This document shows positions 36,830 through 48,842 of a DNA stretch of 64,000 nt, piece after piece. The stretch comes from Macrostomum lignano (lineage: Eukaryota). Where the stretch lies: NCBI GenBank assembly GCA_002269645.1, contig NIVC01000980.1, forward strand, positions 124,001 to 188,000, written 5' to 3'. Numbering within the stretch: the first letter of the stretch is position 1; the number at the start of each line of letters is the position of its first letter. Made by a program: the position numbers and the translations under genes. The notes below the pieces were generated by a model. The model worked only from the letters and a program-made list of their open reading frames with translations, was not told the origin of the DNA and did no database searches.

Positions 36830-38102
36830 CAGGGGAAGTAAAAAAGTAATGATAAGTCCCCCCCCAGGGTCAGGCACTTCTCCATGCGGTGTCGCCATCT
36901 CTCCAGGCCATACGCGTGGAACTCAGGAGGCTGTGCAGCAAGCCACAGTACAGTAGCCTTTTTGGCAGCCCCTGTCCTCATGTTGGACTCCTTTGTTCGC
37001 TTCCTTCAGCTTGGCAAACAAAAAAGTCTTAAGGAGCCAAATCAAAGCTATATGGAGGATGCTGGAGGATTTCCCAGCGGAAATCTCGCAGGGCTTCACG
37101 GCAGAGCCGAGAAGTGTGAGCTGGTGCATTGTCGTGGTGAAAGAGAATCCTACGGTGCAGCTTGCCATGTCGCTTTTTGGTCAGTTCGGAGTAAAACTTT
37201 TGCAAAATTAGCGACTCATATTAGGTGGAATTGCTGATAGTCTTCTGGCTTTCCAAGAAGTCCACCATCACCACTCCCTCAACATCCCAGAAGATGGTCG
37301 CCCAAGACCTTCGCTGCAGACCCTTCCGCACGGAACTTCTTGTTGGGGCCCGCTGAACCTCATGGCAGCCACTCCTTGGATTGGACCTTGGACTCGGGAT
37401 TGTACTAAAATATCCATGTTTAATACCCAGTCACTAGCGTTGGTAAAAGTTTTCTGATTCAGCGTCCAAGCAGTTCAGCAGGCTGATGGCGCACTCAGTG
37501 CGCTGAACCCGGTGTTCAGGCCGCAACAGCCGCGGGACCCAGCGGGCACTCAGCTTGCTCAGACCAAGAGTCCGTCACTTAATGGAGTGAGCACTGCCAT
37601 GAGAGATGTCCACTTGGTCAGCAATATTGTCTATGGTCACGAGCCAATCCTGCTCAATCACCTGCTGCACAGCTGCAATATTTTCCTCTGTGCGCGATGT
37701 TTGTAGGCCTTAACTCGATCCCTCCACTGCATGGGCGTCCTTATTCGGACTCTCGGCCTCCCTTAAAAGCCTAAATCCAGCAGTAAATTGTTGGATCTGG
37801 TGGAGCAGTGTCCCCCTAGACCTTCTTCAAAGCGTCAATGATTTCAGCTGGCTACCAACTAAGTTTTACAAGAAACTTCACCTTATTGCGAGCTTCGATT
37901 TTTTATTTTTCCGTTGCTGAAAGGGTATACTGTGATTAGAGCGTCGATCATCATGCGCAGACATCAATCACTTTAGAAGAACCAAAACTCTGTCAAATAA
38001 ATAACAAAAGATATTTTTCTCAAATGAAACCAGTTGCAGTTCAATACCTCTTATATTTTAGGCGTTACAGCAAACTTATCATTACTTTTTGACTTCCCCT
38101 CG
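36830..38102 (-). mobile_element. Full-length but inactive mariner (Tc1/mariner) element, 1273 bp
   Basis: About 29-bp TIRs C(G)AGGGGAAGT(A/C)AAAAAGTAATGATAAGT with TA flanks. The minus strand encodes ARWVPRLL, TIFWD, HHDNAPAH and HPPYSFDLAP*DFFLF; the first catalytic D is mutated (TGY*TW); many stops and frameshifts. Confidence 0.92.
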
Positions 38103-39383
38103 TAGCCGTACAGCCAATTGGAGTCATTTGAGGGAACCTATCGGCAACACGCATGGAGATAGCCGAATAGCCGTCAAAGATTTTTTCTAAACATATCCAT
38201 TTTTTAGGAGTAAGGAATCTGTGTCATGTCTGATATCTCGGTGGCAGTGCCTCTTGACATTCGTGTTACAAATAGCACAATTACGTATATATACTTTTCT
38301 AGCTAAACCTGTAATAGCCCGAAAATATACAAAGTTTTCAATTTTTAAATATACCTGAAAATATCAAAATTTACAGCAGTGAATTTAAAAAAACAACTAA
38401 ATTTGTTAAACTGGATAGTTTATTTAAACACTCGTCTTTTCCTTTTCTTATGCGGAAATAACAATTCGTAATAATAATAGTGTGATTGGTATACCGTGAG
38501 GCGTTTACGGAGCTCTCGCGACAGTATTTATCTATACAATAGTTGGCATGCTTCATCTTTCCTCAAGATAAGGGCCAGTGGCCTTCCCATATATTACCCT
38601 AAGCCCAATATAATGTGCAAAAAGTATTTTTCTTATCTTCGACATGTGTGAAAACTGAAAACATGTTTTAATTTTTAATTCTACTATAAAAGACCATAGG
38701 AGTCAAGACTAAGACTTTGATATAAGATATAAACTAGACTAAGACTAGGCAGCCCCCCCCCCAAGACTACTACTAACCACCAACACTAACACCAGTCTTT
38801 CAAATTCAAAAAACAAATTTAATTTAAGTAAAGTCTTTATTCCTATTTCTAGGCTTATAAGAAATAGCATAGAGGCCTAACTTTGTTAAAGCATTATACA
38901 TGACCCCTAACATAGGCCTACACTATGTTATAATAAAATTAACAAAGTTAATAGTGGTTATGCCCTTATGGTAACCCAAACAAAAGCTTTTTAATTAAAG
39001 CATAGTATATTAATCTCTATTGATTGTAGCTAATAGCCATTATAGTAGATAGTGTCTAGCATAGATTGGTGCTTAGTGGTATAGGCATAGTCTGGTATAC
39101 TAGGCTATCTTAGTCTAGTATAAGAAAGGGGACACCTGGGTCCTGGTATAGTCTAGACCTTGGCTGCAATAGAAATGCATAAAAATCAATTATAAAAATA
39201 TATAGGCCCTAATTTAAATAATTAATAATCTATTAATTTTAGACTATTTTGTAAATAAAATTTCAATATTTTTTAATTTCTTTATCATATAAATACCATA
39301 GTCTAGAAGGTAGCCTTTATGCCAAAATTTTCTGGTATATTTTTGCTCTTACTGACAATCTTGGCATGCATTTGGCATATATA

Positions 39384-41052
39384 CGAGGGGTGTTGCAAAA
39401 GTTTCTAGACTAATGCTCTTCATGGTGATAATTTTAGTTTGATTTAGCAAAAAATTTAAATAGACAAACAGGCAACTTGTATTTTATAATATTATAAAAG
39501 TTTCAGAAAATTTGGAGTTGATGGTTAATAGTAATAAGCAATTGTACATTGATTAGATTATTTATAGTCATGAAATACAATTTCCAAGTTATAGCTACCA
39601 ATCACTGTCACTGTCGCTTCTATTGCCAGATGCGTCCATAGACTGATTGCTGGCTCGCTCCATGTATTCGCCATTTATGGAGATGCATTTTTGGTAGCGC
39701 TCAATCAGCTTGTCAAAGCCAGACTCCCAGATTGGCATCTTCATTGGGCCAAAGAGATGAAAATCGGCAATGGCAAGATCGGGACTATAGCATACGTGCG
39801 CAACCTTGGGAATCACCCGGCCATTTCTATTGGCAACACACACATGTAAGTCACTATTGGCTGAGAGCAGTCACGTGACTACTTTTCTGTCCAATAGTGA
39901 CATACATGTGTGTGTTGCCAATAGAAACGGCCGAGTGAATCCCAAGGTTGCGCCCAAGCATGGACTGTAGGCTGGGTAGTTCAGCAGTCAGAAGCCTAGC
40001 TCTTCCGCCTTGGCTTGCATGCAAGCGGCAGCATGAGGACACACATTGTCCCAGAGAATGAAGGGTTTCTGGCACATAATGCGACACTTACTCAGAACGG
40101 CATCACGCAGGCGGTGGAGCTGATTGATGACATAGTTGGCATTGATGGTCTGACCTTGGGGCAGGTGGTCAACCATTAGCACACCACGAGCATCAAACCA
40201 CATAGTGCACATGACACTCTGCATCCATGCCGACTTCATGGCCTTCTGGTGCAGGTGGCTTCCTTTTGGGCCCCAATGCATAGTCTGCTGTTTTGTCTGC
40301 GGTTGAAACATGGGCAGCAGTGTTTCATCCATTGTGATGAGCAGCTCTTTGAACTTGCTGTCACCCAGTTCGTTCTATAATGCCCAGTTCTCTAGCGAGT
40401 AACGCACGCATGCTTTCTTGTGCTCTTCCGTCAGTTCACGTGGCACCCACTTTGCACAAATCTTGGAGTAGCCTTGGCATTGCAGAATGCGGCACATAGA
40501 TGAGTAGTGGATTCCAACAAACTCTCCATTTCACGCATGCATGCAGATGGATTTTCTTTCAAATAGTCAAGCACAGCAGTTGTTTTGTCATGACCTGTGC
40601 TCGAGCGAGGATGCCCAGATCAAGAGGCATTAGCGATGTTGGTGACACCATCAGCAGCGAGTCAGTGATGCTCAAACACTTAAGTGCAACCCAGGGCATG
40701 AACACCGAAAGCAAGACGCACCTCATCAAAGGTCTGTATTGCTGTTTTGCCCTGTTGTTGGCATGCCATGATAAAGTGGCGCTGGCTTTCCTTAGACCCA
40801 AACTCCGATGGATTCTTCGGTCAACTCAGTTTCGCTCACTTTGGTTTGTGAAAAATCGTGTCAATAGCTTCAAAGGGTTGCAACTTATTTTGGCCCTGAT
40901 GTAACCTGTGATTGACTAAGCTGCAAAAATTTTTAGGAAAGGTTTTTTTCTATGGCTGAATACAAGTACCATAGACATCAATTTTCAGCCAAATCAAACA
41001 CGAATTGTCACCAGGATTAGCATTAGTCCAGAAACTTTTGCAATACCCCTTG
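39384..41052 (-). mobile_element. Second, distinct decayed mariner element carrying a nested insertion
   Basis: 34-bp TIRs CGAGGGGTGTTGCAAAAGTTTCTAGACTAATGCT (3 mismatches) with TA flanks. The minus strand encodes AKWVPRELT, ITMDET, WFDARGVLMVD.LPQGQTINA, WDNVCPH and YSPDLAIADFHLF. Confidence 0.92.
39791..39962. mobile_element. 172-bp fold-back (hairpin) MITE with 8-bp TSD, hAT-like
   Basis: Arms of about 65-70 bp are near-perfect inverted repeats; TSD GACTATAG / GACTGTAG (7/8). Removing the element plus one TSD restores LLNYPAYSPDLA in the host mariner. Confidence 0.85.
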
Positions 41053-42370
41053 TATTTAGAATTTTCAGGTTCTAATGAAATATACACAATTGCATACAAA
41101 AATAGCCAAGTTCAAGGCTAATGTAATCATGTAGTAATGTAACCAACCAATATTAAAAGCTCTTTAAAAACAATCAAAAACTTGATAAAATAGAAAATAT
41201 TAACTTAATCATAAGAAAAACAAAATTAAAACAAAGAATAGTAGTTTTTAGCAAAAAAATAGCCATTTTAAGGTTTAGTAAAACAATTAAATTCCTAAAA
41301 ATATATTTTTTTAAAAAAAATTTTAAACAGTTTTAGGTGTGGTAAAACATTTTTTTATTTTATATTTGTATAAAATTAAAAAAACATTATTTTTCATTCT
41401 GGCATATACCTGCCATAATCCAGACTATGGCATAAATAGAAATTTTTTTAAGGTAAAATATTTGTATCATTTATATTAATTTTATTATGCCATTGGTAAT
41501 GTTATTAAAAATTTAGCAATATTGCAAAAATAACATTTTATCAAATTTTGGCTTATAAGATACCAAAATTGACTAAATTTTGGCACAAAGGTAAAACTCT
41601 TTCCTAACACATGGTAAACATATTTTTGACCAAAAAAATCAAAGCACAATATGTATATAAGAATTAAGTCACAAATATAAATATAGCAAACTATAAGCTA
41701 TATTTATGAATTCTTTCTTAGAAAATATAGTATTTAAATTTCTGCTCAAAGTTATATTTTTGTTTAAATGTTCTAAAATCAAATAATATTCTACAAAATA
41801 AAAGTTTGTTTTAACTATATCATTTGACAGACATGCTCAACCTCCAAAATTTGGTCGGTTGTGCAACTTAGTTTTAACAAAAATGCGACAGTTTTTGGTA
41901 AAAATGCAACTTATATAAAAGAAGCCCTAAAGCAAAATTAATGCAACTTTGGGTAAACAGTAGGAGTAACTTGACTGTCTTATTAAGGCCAAATGCCTCA
42001 TCATCTACTTAGTACTACTTTGGTATTTATTCAGATAGGCATTTTTGCAACTTACCTTGATTGGCTGCTAAATTGGTTGGCCGGATCAGCCAACTTGGCC
42101 AACTGTTGTGCATGTATGTCATTTGAACTATATAAATAGGAGCCCAGAGTAGGCCAAGTAAATAGCAACTTAAGATTATGACAATTTGTCTATTCAACAT
42201 CTTGCAAGCTTGAGCTAACAAAGTCATTTGCATATTAAATTGCTATTTGCAGTATTTAAAAGACTTATTCATTTCTTAGAGCAAAACCCTCAGTTGGGAA
42301 TATTAGAAATCCACTAAATGCAAGAATCGCCTTGGCATTAATCCCAAATGACAATATTACAGCCAAGATT

Positions 42371-45300
42371 ATGAGTTGGCATCAAGCATTGGCACTGGGG
42401 CTGCTGCTGGCCTGGCAGTTGGCTGGCACAGCTCTGGCACAGACTGGTACCGGCTGTCCATTCACTGGAGACGACAGGCGCTACATAATGCCGCTATTCT
42501 CAATTGATTCCGGCCAAGACACAACCATGTTCATCACTGACAACACTCTGACCTATAGGCAAGGCTTCCTGCAGTCATACAAAGCCACTTGCGTCCGCGT
42601 GCTCGATAGGAATAGGAAAGAGCCCGAACAGCAGTCCAAGTGGAACATGCTGGTGCTCTATCGCAATGACACAACATCCGGGAGCCGGGAGATTTACTTC
42701 TGCGCCAAATTCTATTGGCAATCGATTAATATAATCCAGTATCAGCTGAGCGGAGTCTACGCCACCACAGCCAGCGATGCCGCTTCCAGGTGCACCATCT
42801 TTGAGTCTAATAATCGGTATAGCTTTGCAGTTGTCGGCTTCTCCCAGCAATACCAGATTTACAATTGTAAAACCATCCTGGAGGGCGTGTTCTGGTTCAC
42901 TTATCAGCTCAAGGATTCTTCTAGGACGCCGTGCGACGCTCTGACTAATAAGATTAAGGCCTGCCAGAGGGCCGGCTCGCAGGAGCGAGACAGCTACATT
43001 GCTACATTCAACTGGGGCCAGTGCCCCGGCCTGGCGGCGACCAAGGACACAGGCCAGCAGAACTATTACTGCTACGGAATGTGGACAGACAATAATAATA
43101 ATGTTTACGCCGCGGTTGGCATGGACCAGGCCGATACTAAGTTCAAATACCGCTGCCTGGTTACTAGGAAGGATCAGAACGAGCGTAGTATACTTTACCG
43201 CTGGGGCATGACCGTCGATGCCGACTGTTCTACCTTGAAATCGCCAGACGAATCCCCGATGAAGCTGATACTGCGGCCTACGCTGGACTCCACTGATCAG
43301 GTGCCCCAGCTGCGGCCGGGTTGCAATCTGCCTAAGAATTTCACCGGCGTCTGGTTCCAGCCAGCCGAGTACCAGACGGACGTGTACATCAATGCCACCA
43401 CCATCAAGTTGCGGCGTCAGCTGAACCAGTACCAGTGGGAGGAGGTGTACTTTGTCTGCAGACAGGTACGACTGGCATCTGCTCACTTTATTTCTATTTA
43501 TTCCACTGCAGGGGATAGCAGTGCTACTGAATAGCCACAGCAGGGGTAGCAGTGCTACTGAATAGCCACAGCAGGGGTAGCAGTGCTACTGAATAGCCAC
43601 AGCAGGGGTAGCAGTGCTACTGAATAGCCACAGCAGGGGTAGCAGTGCTACTGAATAGCCACAGCAGGGGTAGCAGTGCTACTGAATAGCCACAGCAGGG
43701 GTAGCAATGCTACTGAATAGCCACAGCAGGGGTAGCAGTGCTACTGAATAGCCACAGCAGGGGTAGCAGTGCTACTGAATAGCCACAGCAGGGGTAGCAG
43801 TGCTACTGAATAGCCACAGCAGAGGTAGCAGTGCTACTGAATAGCCACAGCAGAGGTAGCAGTGCTACTGAATAGCCACAGCAGAGGTAGCAGTGCTACT
43901 GAATAGCCACAGCAGGGGTAGCAGTGCTACTGAATAGCCACTGCAGGGGTAGCAGTGCTACTGAATAGCCACAGCAGAGGTAGCAGTGCTACTGAATAGC
44001 CACAGCAGGGGTAGCAGTGCTACTGAATAGCCACAGCAGGGGTAGCAGTGCTACTGAATAGCCACAGCAGAGGTAGCAGTGCTACTGAATAGCCACAGCA
44101 GGGGTAGCAGTGCTACTGAATAGCCACAGCAGGGGTAGCAGTGCTACTGAATAGCCACAGCAGGGGTAGCAGTGCTACTGAATAGCCACAGCAGGGGTAG
44201 CAGTGCTACTGAATAGCCACTGCAGGGGTAGCAGTGCTACTGAATAGCCACAGCAGGGGTAGCAGTGCTACTGAATAGCCACAGCAGAGGTAGCAGTGCT
44301 ACTGAATAGCCACAGCAGGGGTAGCAGTGCTACTGAATAGCCACAGCAGGGGTAGCAGTGCTACTGAATAGCCACAGCAGGGGTAGCAGTGCTACTGAAT
44401 AGCCACAGCAGAGGTAGCAGTGCTACTGAATAGCCACAGCAGGGGTAGCAGTGCTACTGAATAGCCACAGCAGGGGTAGCAGTGCTACTGAATAGCCACT
44501 GCAGGGGTAGCAGTGCTACTGAATAGCCACTGCAGGGGTAGCAGTGCTACTGAATAGCCACAGCAGGGGTAGCAGTGCTACTGAATAGCCACAGCAGGGG
44601 TAGCAGTGCTACTGAATAGCCACAGCAGGGGTAGCAGTGCTACTGAATAGCCACAGCAGAGGTAGCAGTGCTACTGAATAGCCACAGCAGGGGTAGCAGT
44701 GCTACTGAATAGCCACTGCAGGGGTAGCAGTGCTACTGAATAGCCACTGCAGGGGTAGCAGTGCTACTGAATAGCCACAGCAGAGGTAGCAGTGCTACTG
44801 AATAGCCACTGCAGGGGTAGCAGTGCTACTGAATAGCCACAGCAGAGGTAGCAGTGCTACTGAATAGCCACAGCAGAGGTAGCAGTGCTACTGAATAGCC
44901 ACAGCAGGGGTAGCAGTGCTACTGAATAGCCACAGCAGGGGTAGCAGTGCTACTGAATAGCCACAGCAGGGGTAGCAGTGCTACTGAATAGCCACAGCAG
45001 GGGTAGCAGTGCTACTGAATAGCCACTGCAGGGGTAGCAGTGCTACTGAATAGCCACAGCAGGGGTAGCAGTGCTACTGAATAGCCACAGCAGAGGTAGC
45101 AGTGCTACTGAATAGCCACAGCAGGGGTAGCAGTGCTACTGAATAGCCACAGCAGGGGTAGCAGTGCTACTGAATAGCCACAGCAGGGGTAGCAGTGCTA
45201 CTGAATAGCCACAGCAGAGGTAGCAGTGCTACTGAATAGCCACAGCAGGGGTAGCAGTGCTACTGAATAGCCACAGCAGGGGTAGCAGTGCTACTGAATA

Positions 45301-47912
45301 GCCACTGCAGGGGTAGCAGTGCTACTGAATAGCCACTGCAGGGGTAGCAGTGCTACTGAATAGCCACAGCAGAGGTAGCAGTGCTACTGAATAGCCACAG
45401 CAGGGGTAGCAGTGCTACTGAATAGCCACTGCAGGGGTAGCAGTGCTACTGAATAGCCACAGCAGAGGTAGCAGTGCTACTGAATAGCCACAGCAGGGGT
45501 AGCAGTGCTACTGAATAGCCACTGCAGGGGTAGCAGTGCTACTGAATAGCCACTGCAGGGGTAGCAGTGCTACTGAATAGCCACAGCAGAGGTAGCAGTG
45601 CTACTGAATAGCCACAGCAGGGGTAGCAGTGCTACTGAATAGCCACAGCAGGGGTAGCAGTGCTACTGAATAGCCACAGCAGGGGTAGCAGTGCTACTGA
45701 ATAGCCACTGCAGGGGTAGCAGTGCTACTGAATAGCCACAGCAGAGGTAGCAGTGCTACTGAATAGCCACAGCAGGGGTAGCAGTGCTACTGAATAGCCA
45801 CAGCAGGGGTAGCAGTGCTACTGAATAGCCACAGCAGGGGTAGCAGTGCTACTGAATAGCCACTGCAGGGGTAGCAGTGCTACTGAATAGCCACTGCAGG
45901 GGTAGCAGTGCTACTGAATAGCCACAGCAGAGGTAGCAGTGCTACTGAATAGCCACAGCAGGGGTAGCAGTGCTACTGAATAGCCACAGCAGGGGTAGCA
46001 GTGCTACTGAATAGCCACTGCAGGGGTAGCAGTGCTACTGAATAGCCACTGCAGGGGTAGCAGTGCTACTGAATAGCCACTGCAGGGGTAGCAGTGCTAC
46101 TGAATAGCCACAGCAGGGGTAGCAGTGCTACTGAATAGCCACAGCAGGGGTAGCAGTGCTACTGAATAGCCACAGCAGAGGTAGCAGTGCTACTGAATAG
46201 CCACAGCAGAGGTAGCAGTGCTACTGAATAGCCACAGCAGAGGTAGCAGTGCTACTGAATAGCCACAGCAGGGGTAGCAGTGCTACTGAATAGCCACAGC
46301 AGAGGTAGCAGTGCTACTGAATAGCCACAGCAGAGGTAGCAGTGCTCATCTACAAAACACAAGAAAACAATTGAATTCCCACAGTCTCAGGAGTCTCGCT
46401 ACTTAATGGCCGTGGTGACCGAGGGCCGCTGCGACGTGGACTACATCTGCATGCACTTTATGCCTCGCCACCACAACATCATCAGATTTCGCATGTCCAA
46501 GCCCATTAAGCACGATCCAAATCACAATGAGGACAGTAATTATATGAGTAGGCGATTTCGCGAGGCCTGCGACTGGTTCTCCTTCACTATGGACCAGGTT
46601 GAGTGGACCTACGAGTACTTTGTACTCAATCCGCCTGTGCCTATTAACTGTCCTATTCAAGGCCGCTTTAAATTCAATATGGTTGGCCAGGAGTCCGAGT
46701 TCTATTTTACCAAGATTCCTGCCGGAGTGACGCCTCGGCCTCGGTGAGGGCTTCAATGCTTTTGTGGGAGTTTTATTGGGTCCCAAACACATGTGGTTGG
46801 CCTTGATCATCTAGGACATTCCTGACAACTCTTATTGTAGTCAGCCATAGTAATGAAGTTCTATTTTTTTATTGATTTTTTAGTTAACCTTGAGATTGAG
46901 CATGAGAAATCCGAAAAAATTAAGTTCGTGACCTTGAGATTCAGGGGAATCCCTACCAAGTAAGTTTGGGTGACCTTGAGATCCAGGAGAATCCCTACCA
47001 AATAAGTTTAGGTGACCCTGAGATCCTGGGGTATCCCTACCAAATAAGCGTGGGTGACCTTGAGATCCGGGGGAATCCCTACCAAATAAGCGTGGGTGGC
47101 CTTGAGATCCGGGGGAATCCCTACCAAATAAACGTGGGTGACCTTGAGATCCGGGGGAATCCCTACCAAATAAGCGTGGGTGACCTTGAGATCCGGGGGA
47201 ATCCCTACCAAATAAGCGTGGGTGACCTTGAGATCCGGGGAATCCCTACCAAATAAGCGTGGGTGGCCTTGAGATCCGGGGGAATTCCTACCAAATAAGC
47301 GTGGGTGACCTTGAGATCCTGGGAAATTCCGGAAGAAATCTTAGAAATTCGATTTGAACCAACTGCAGAGTTCAAGTGGTCTGCGATCAGTACTGGGAGT
47401 CCGACATGCACGCCTGCATCGGCGAGAACAAGCAGCTCAGTCTGGACGTTCAACGCTGCATGCGGCTGGATCACATCGGCCGGCCGCTGTCCGAGTATGA
47501 CGTGCCCGACAATATTCTCACCTGCGTCGGCTACTGGATGGAGGATGCCAAATCCTACATGATAACCTTTGACCCGGCCGATCCCGTGGTTGGCAATTTC
47601 CGCTGCTGGATCTACAGGCGGACCGGCCTGCGCACGTACCGGATGTCGCGCAGCATGGCCTCTAAGTGCATGCCGGACCAGACCAGCTCCAGCGCCTATC
47701 CATCAGAGAGTGCCAGCCTCATGCTCGAGCTGACTGACAACGAGCGGCTATTCGATCAGTGCCCGATGAAATTCGATTTCGGCAAAGATCCGTACACCAA
47801 CACCTTCCAATTGGAGGTATTTGCCCACGCTGGCAGGCTTAGCCCGACTATGCGACCGGCACTGCTAGCCTGTCTGGTTGCCATGGTTACTGCTGCTATG
47901 CATTCCATCTAG
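42371..47912 (+). CDS. Uncharacterised secreted/GPI-anchor-type cysteine-patterned protein, 3 exons, 665 aa
   Basis: Exons 42371-43465, 46385-46743, 47369-47912 (1998 nt, phases 0 and 2 fit). N-terminal signal-like MSWHQALALGLLLAWQLAGTALA, hydrophobic C-terminal tail PALLACLVAMVTAAMHSI, repeated C-x-G-x-W...RC modules. The family assignment is not secure. Confidence 0.88.
43505..46347. repeat. 31-bp minisatellite (GCCACAGCAGGGGTAGCAGTGCTACTGAATA)n, about 90 copies
   Basis: Fills nearly the whole intron 43466-46384; only two variable positions. Confidence 0.97.
46925..47325. repeat. 42-bp minisatellite (GTGACCTTGAGATCCGGGGGAATCCCTACCAAATAAGCGTGG)n
   Basis: About 9 units. Confidence 0.92.
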
Positions 47913-48842
47913 ACATAACATTAGTAGAACTGTTTCAAATTTCTTTACAAATTTTTTGCCTCGTTTTCGCAAATTTTAGCAAAAAAATCTCTAAACGGAC
48001 GCTAGCGTAAGCAGTAGCTGATGCGCGTATTGTTAATATTATTGAATCCGTCTGTGTCGCCGAGCACATTTTAATTTTTTTTGAAGTCAGTAGCAGGTAA
48101 CGAATGTTATATAATAATTGTTATTTGACTTCAACTTTAATAACATCAGAAAAGTTTCTTAATGATAAATGACTCAGTGTACTTTTTATATATGAGTAAT
48201 AAGGAAATTGCGTGAGCTGCCCTGAATGAAACGTTTCGTGTACTTGTTTTATGCTGTCTCTCGTGTAAATTTTCTTTAAAATTTGGAATTTGAATTGCTT
48301 TGCTACTTAAAGTAGGATCAACTGCTTTATTGTCAGTAATATCTCATCTACTAACAGTTGGCTTGGAGCTCAGAATCTGTTTGAAGCATTCCAAATGTGT
48401 TTACCAATATATACAATATCACATTCCTTAATTTAAAAAAAAATTTTATCGTGTCTTTTTAAATAGCCTGCTCTACAGCTGATAAGAGTACAAAATTTTT
48501 AATTAATCTAACCGTTTTACTATTCTGTACTTTAATAGGCTGTTAATTTATAGTGGAGTACGCTAATCTCTGTTGTGTCTGAGTCTGTTTGTGTCTGCAA
48601 ACAGTAAAATATAAAAATAAACTGCATATTGCTACATGTTTTTTCTACCCCATCAGCTACGTATAGTAATTCAATATTGGCCTTTCTATACAGTCCCCGG
48701 TATTTAAGCGCGTAAATTAAAATTCTTTGATTTGCATTCTCTTCATAATTCATTTGTTTTATTATGCAGCAGAACTCCGTAGGGTGGGCTGTTTATTGAT
48801 CTGTTTTTGTAGCCAACAAACACTTGGAGATCGCAAACAATT

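Noticed and set aside
42575-43486. 303-aa antisense ORF (also 59159-59878, 56961-57530, 28352-28759)
   Set aside because: Shadow ORFs opposite real GC3-rich exons.
43505-46347. CRISPR-like appearance (31-bp palindromic direct repeats)
   Set aside because: Units are head-to-tail with no unique spacers, no cas genes, and the context is a eukaryotic intron.
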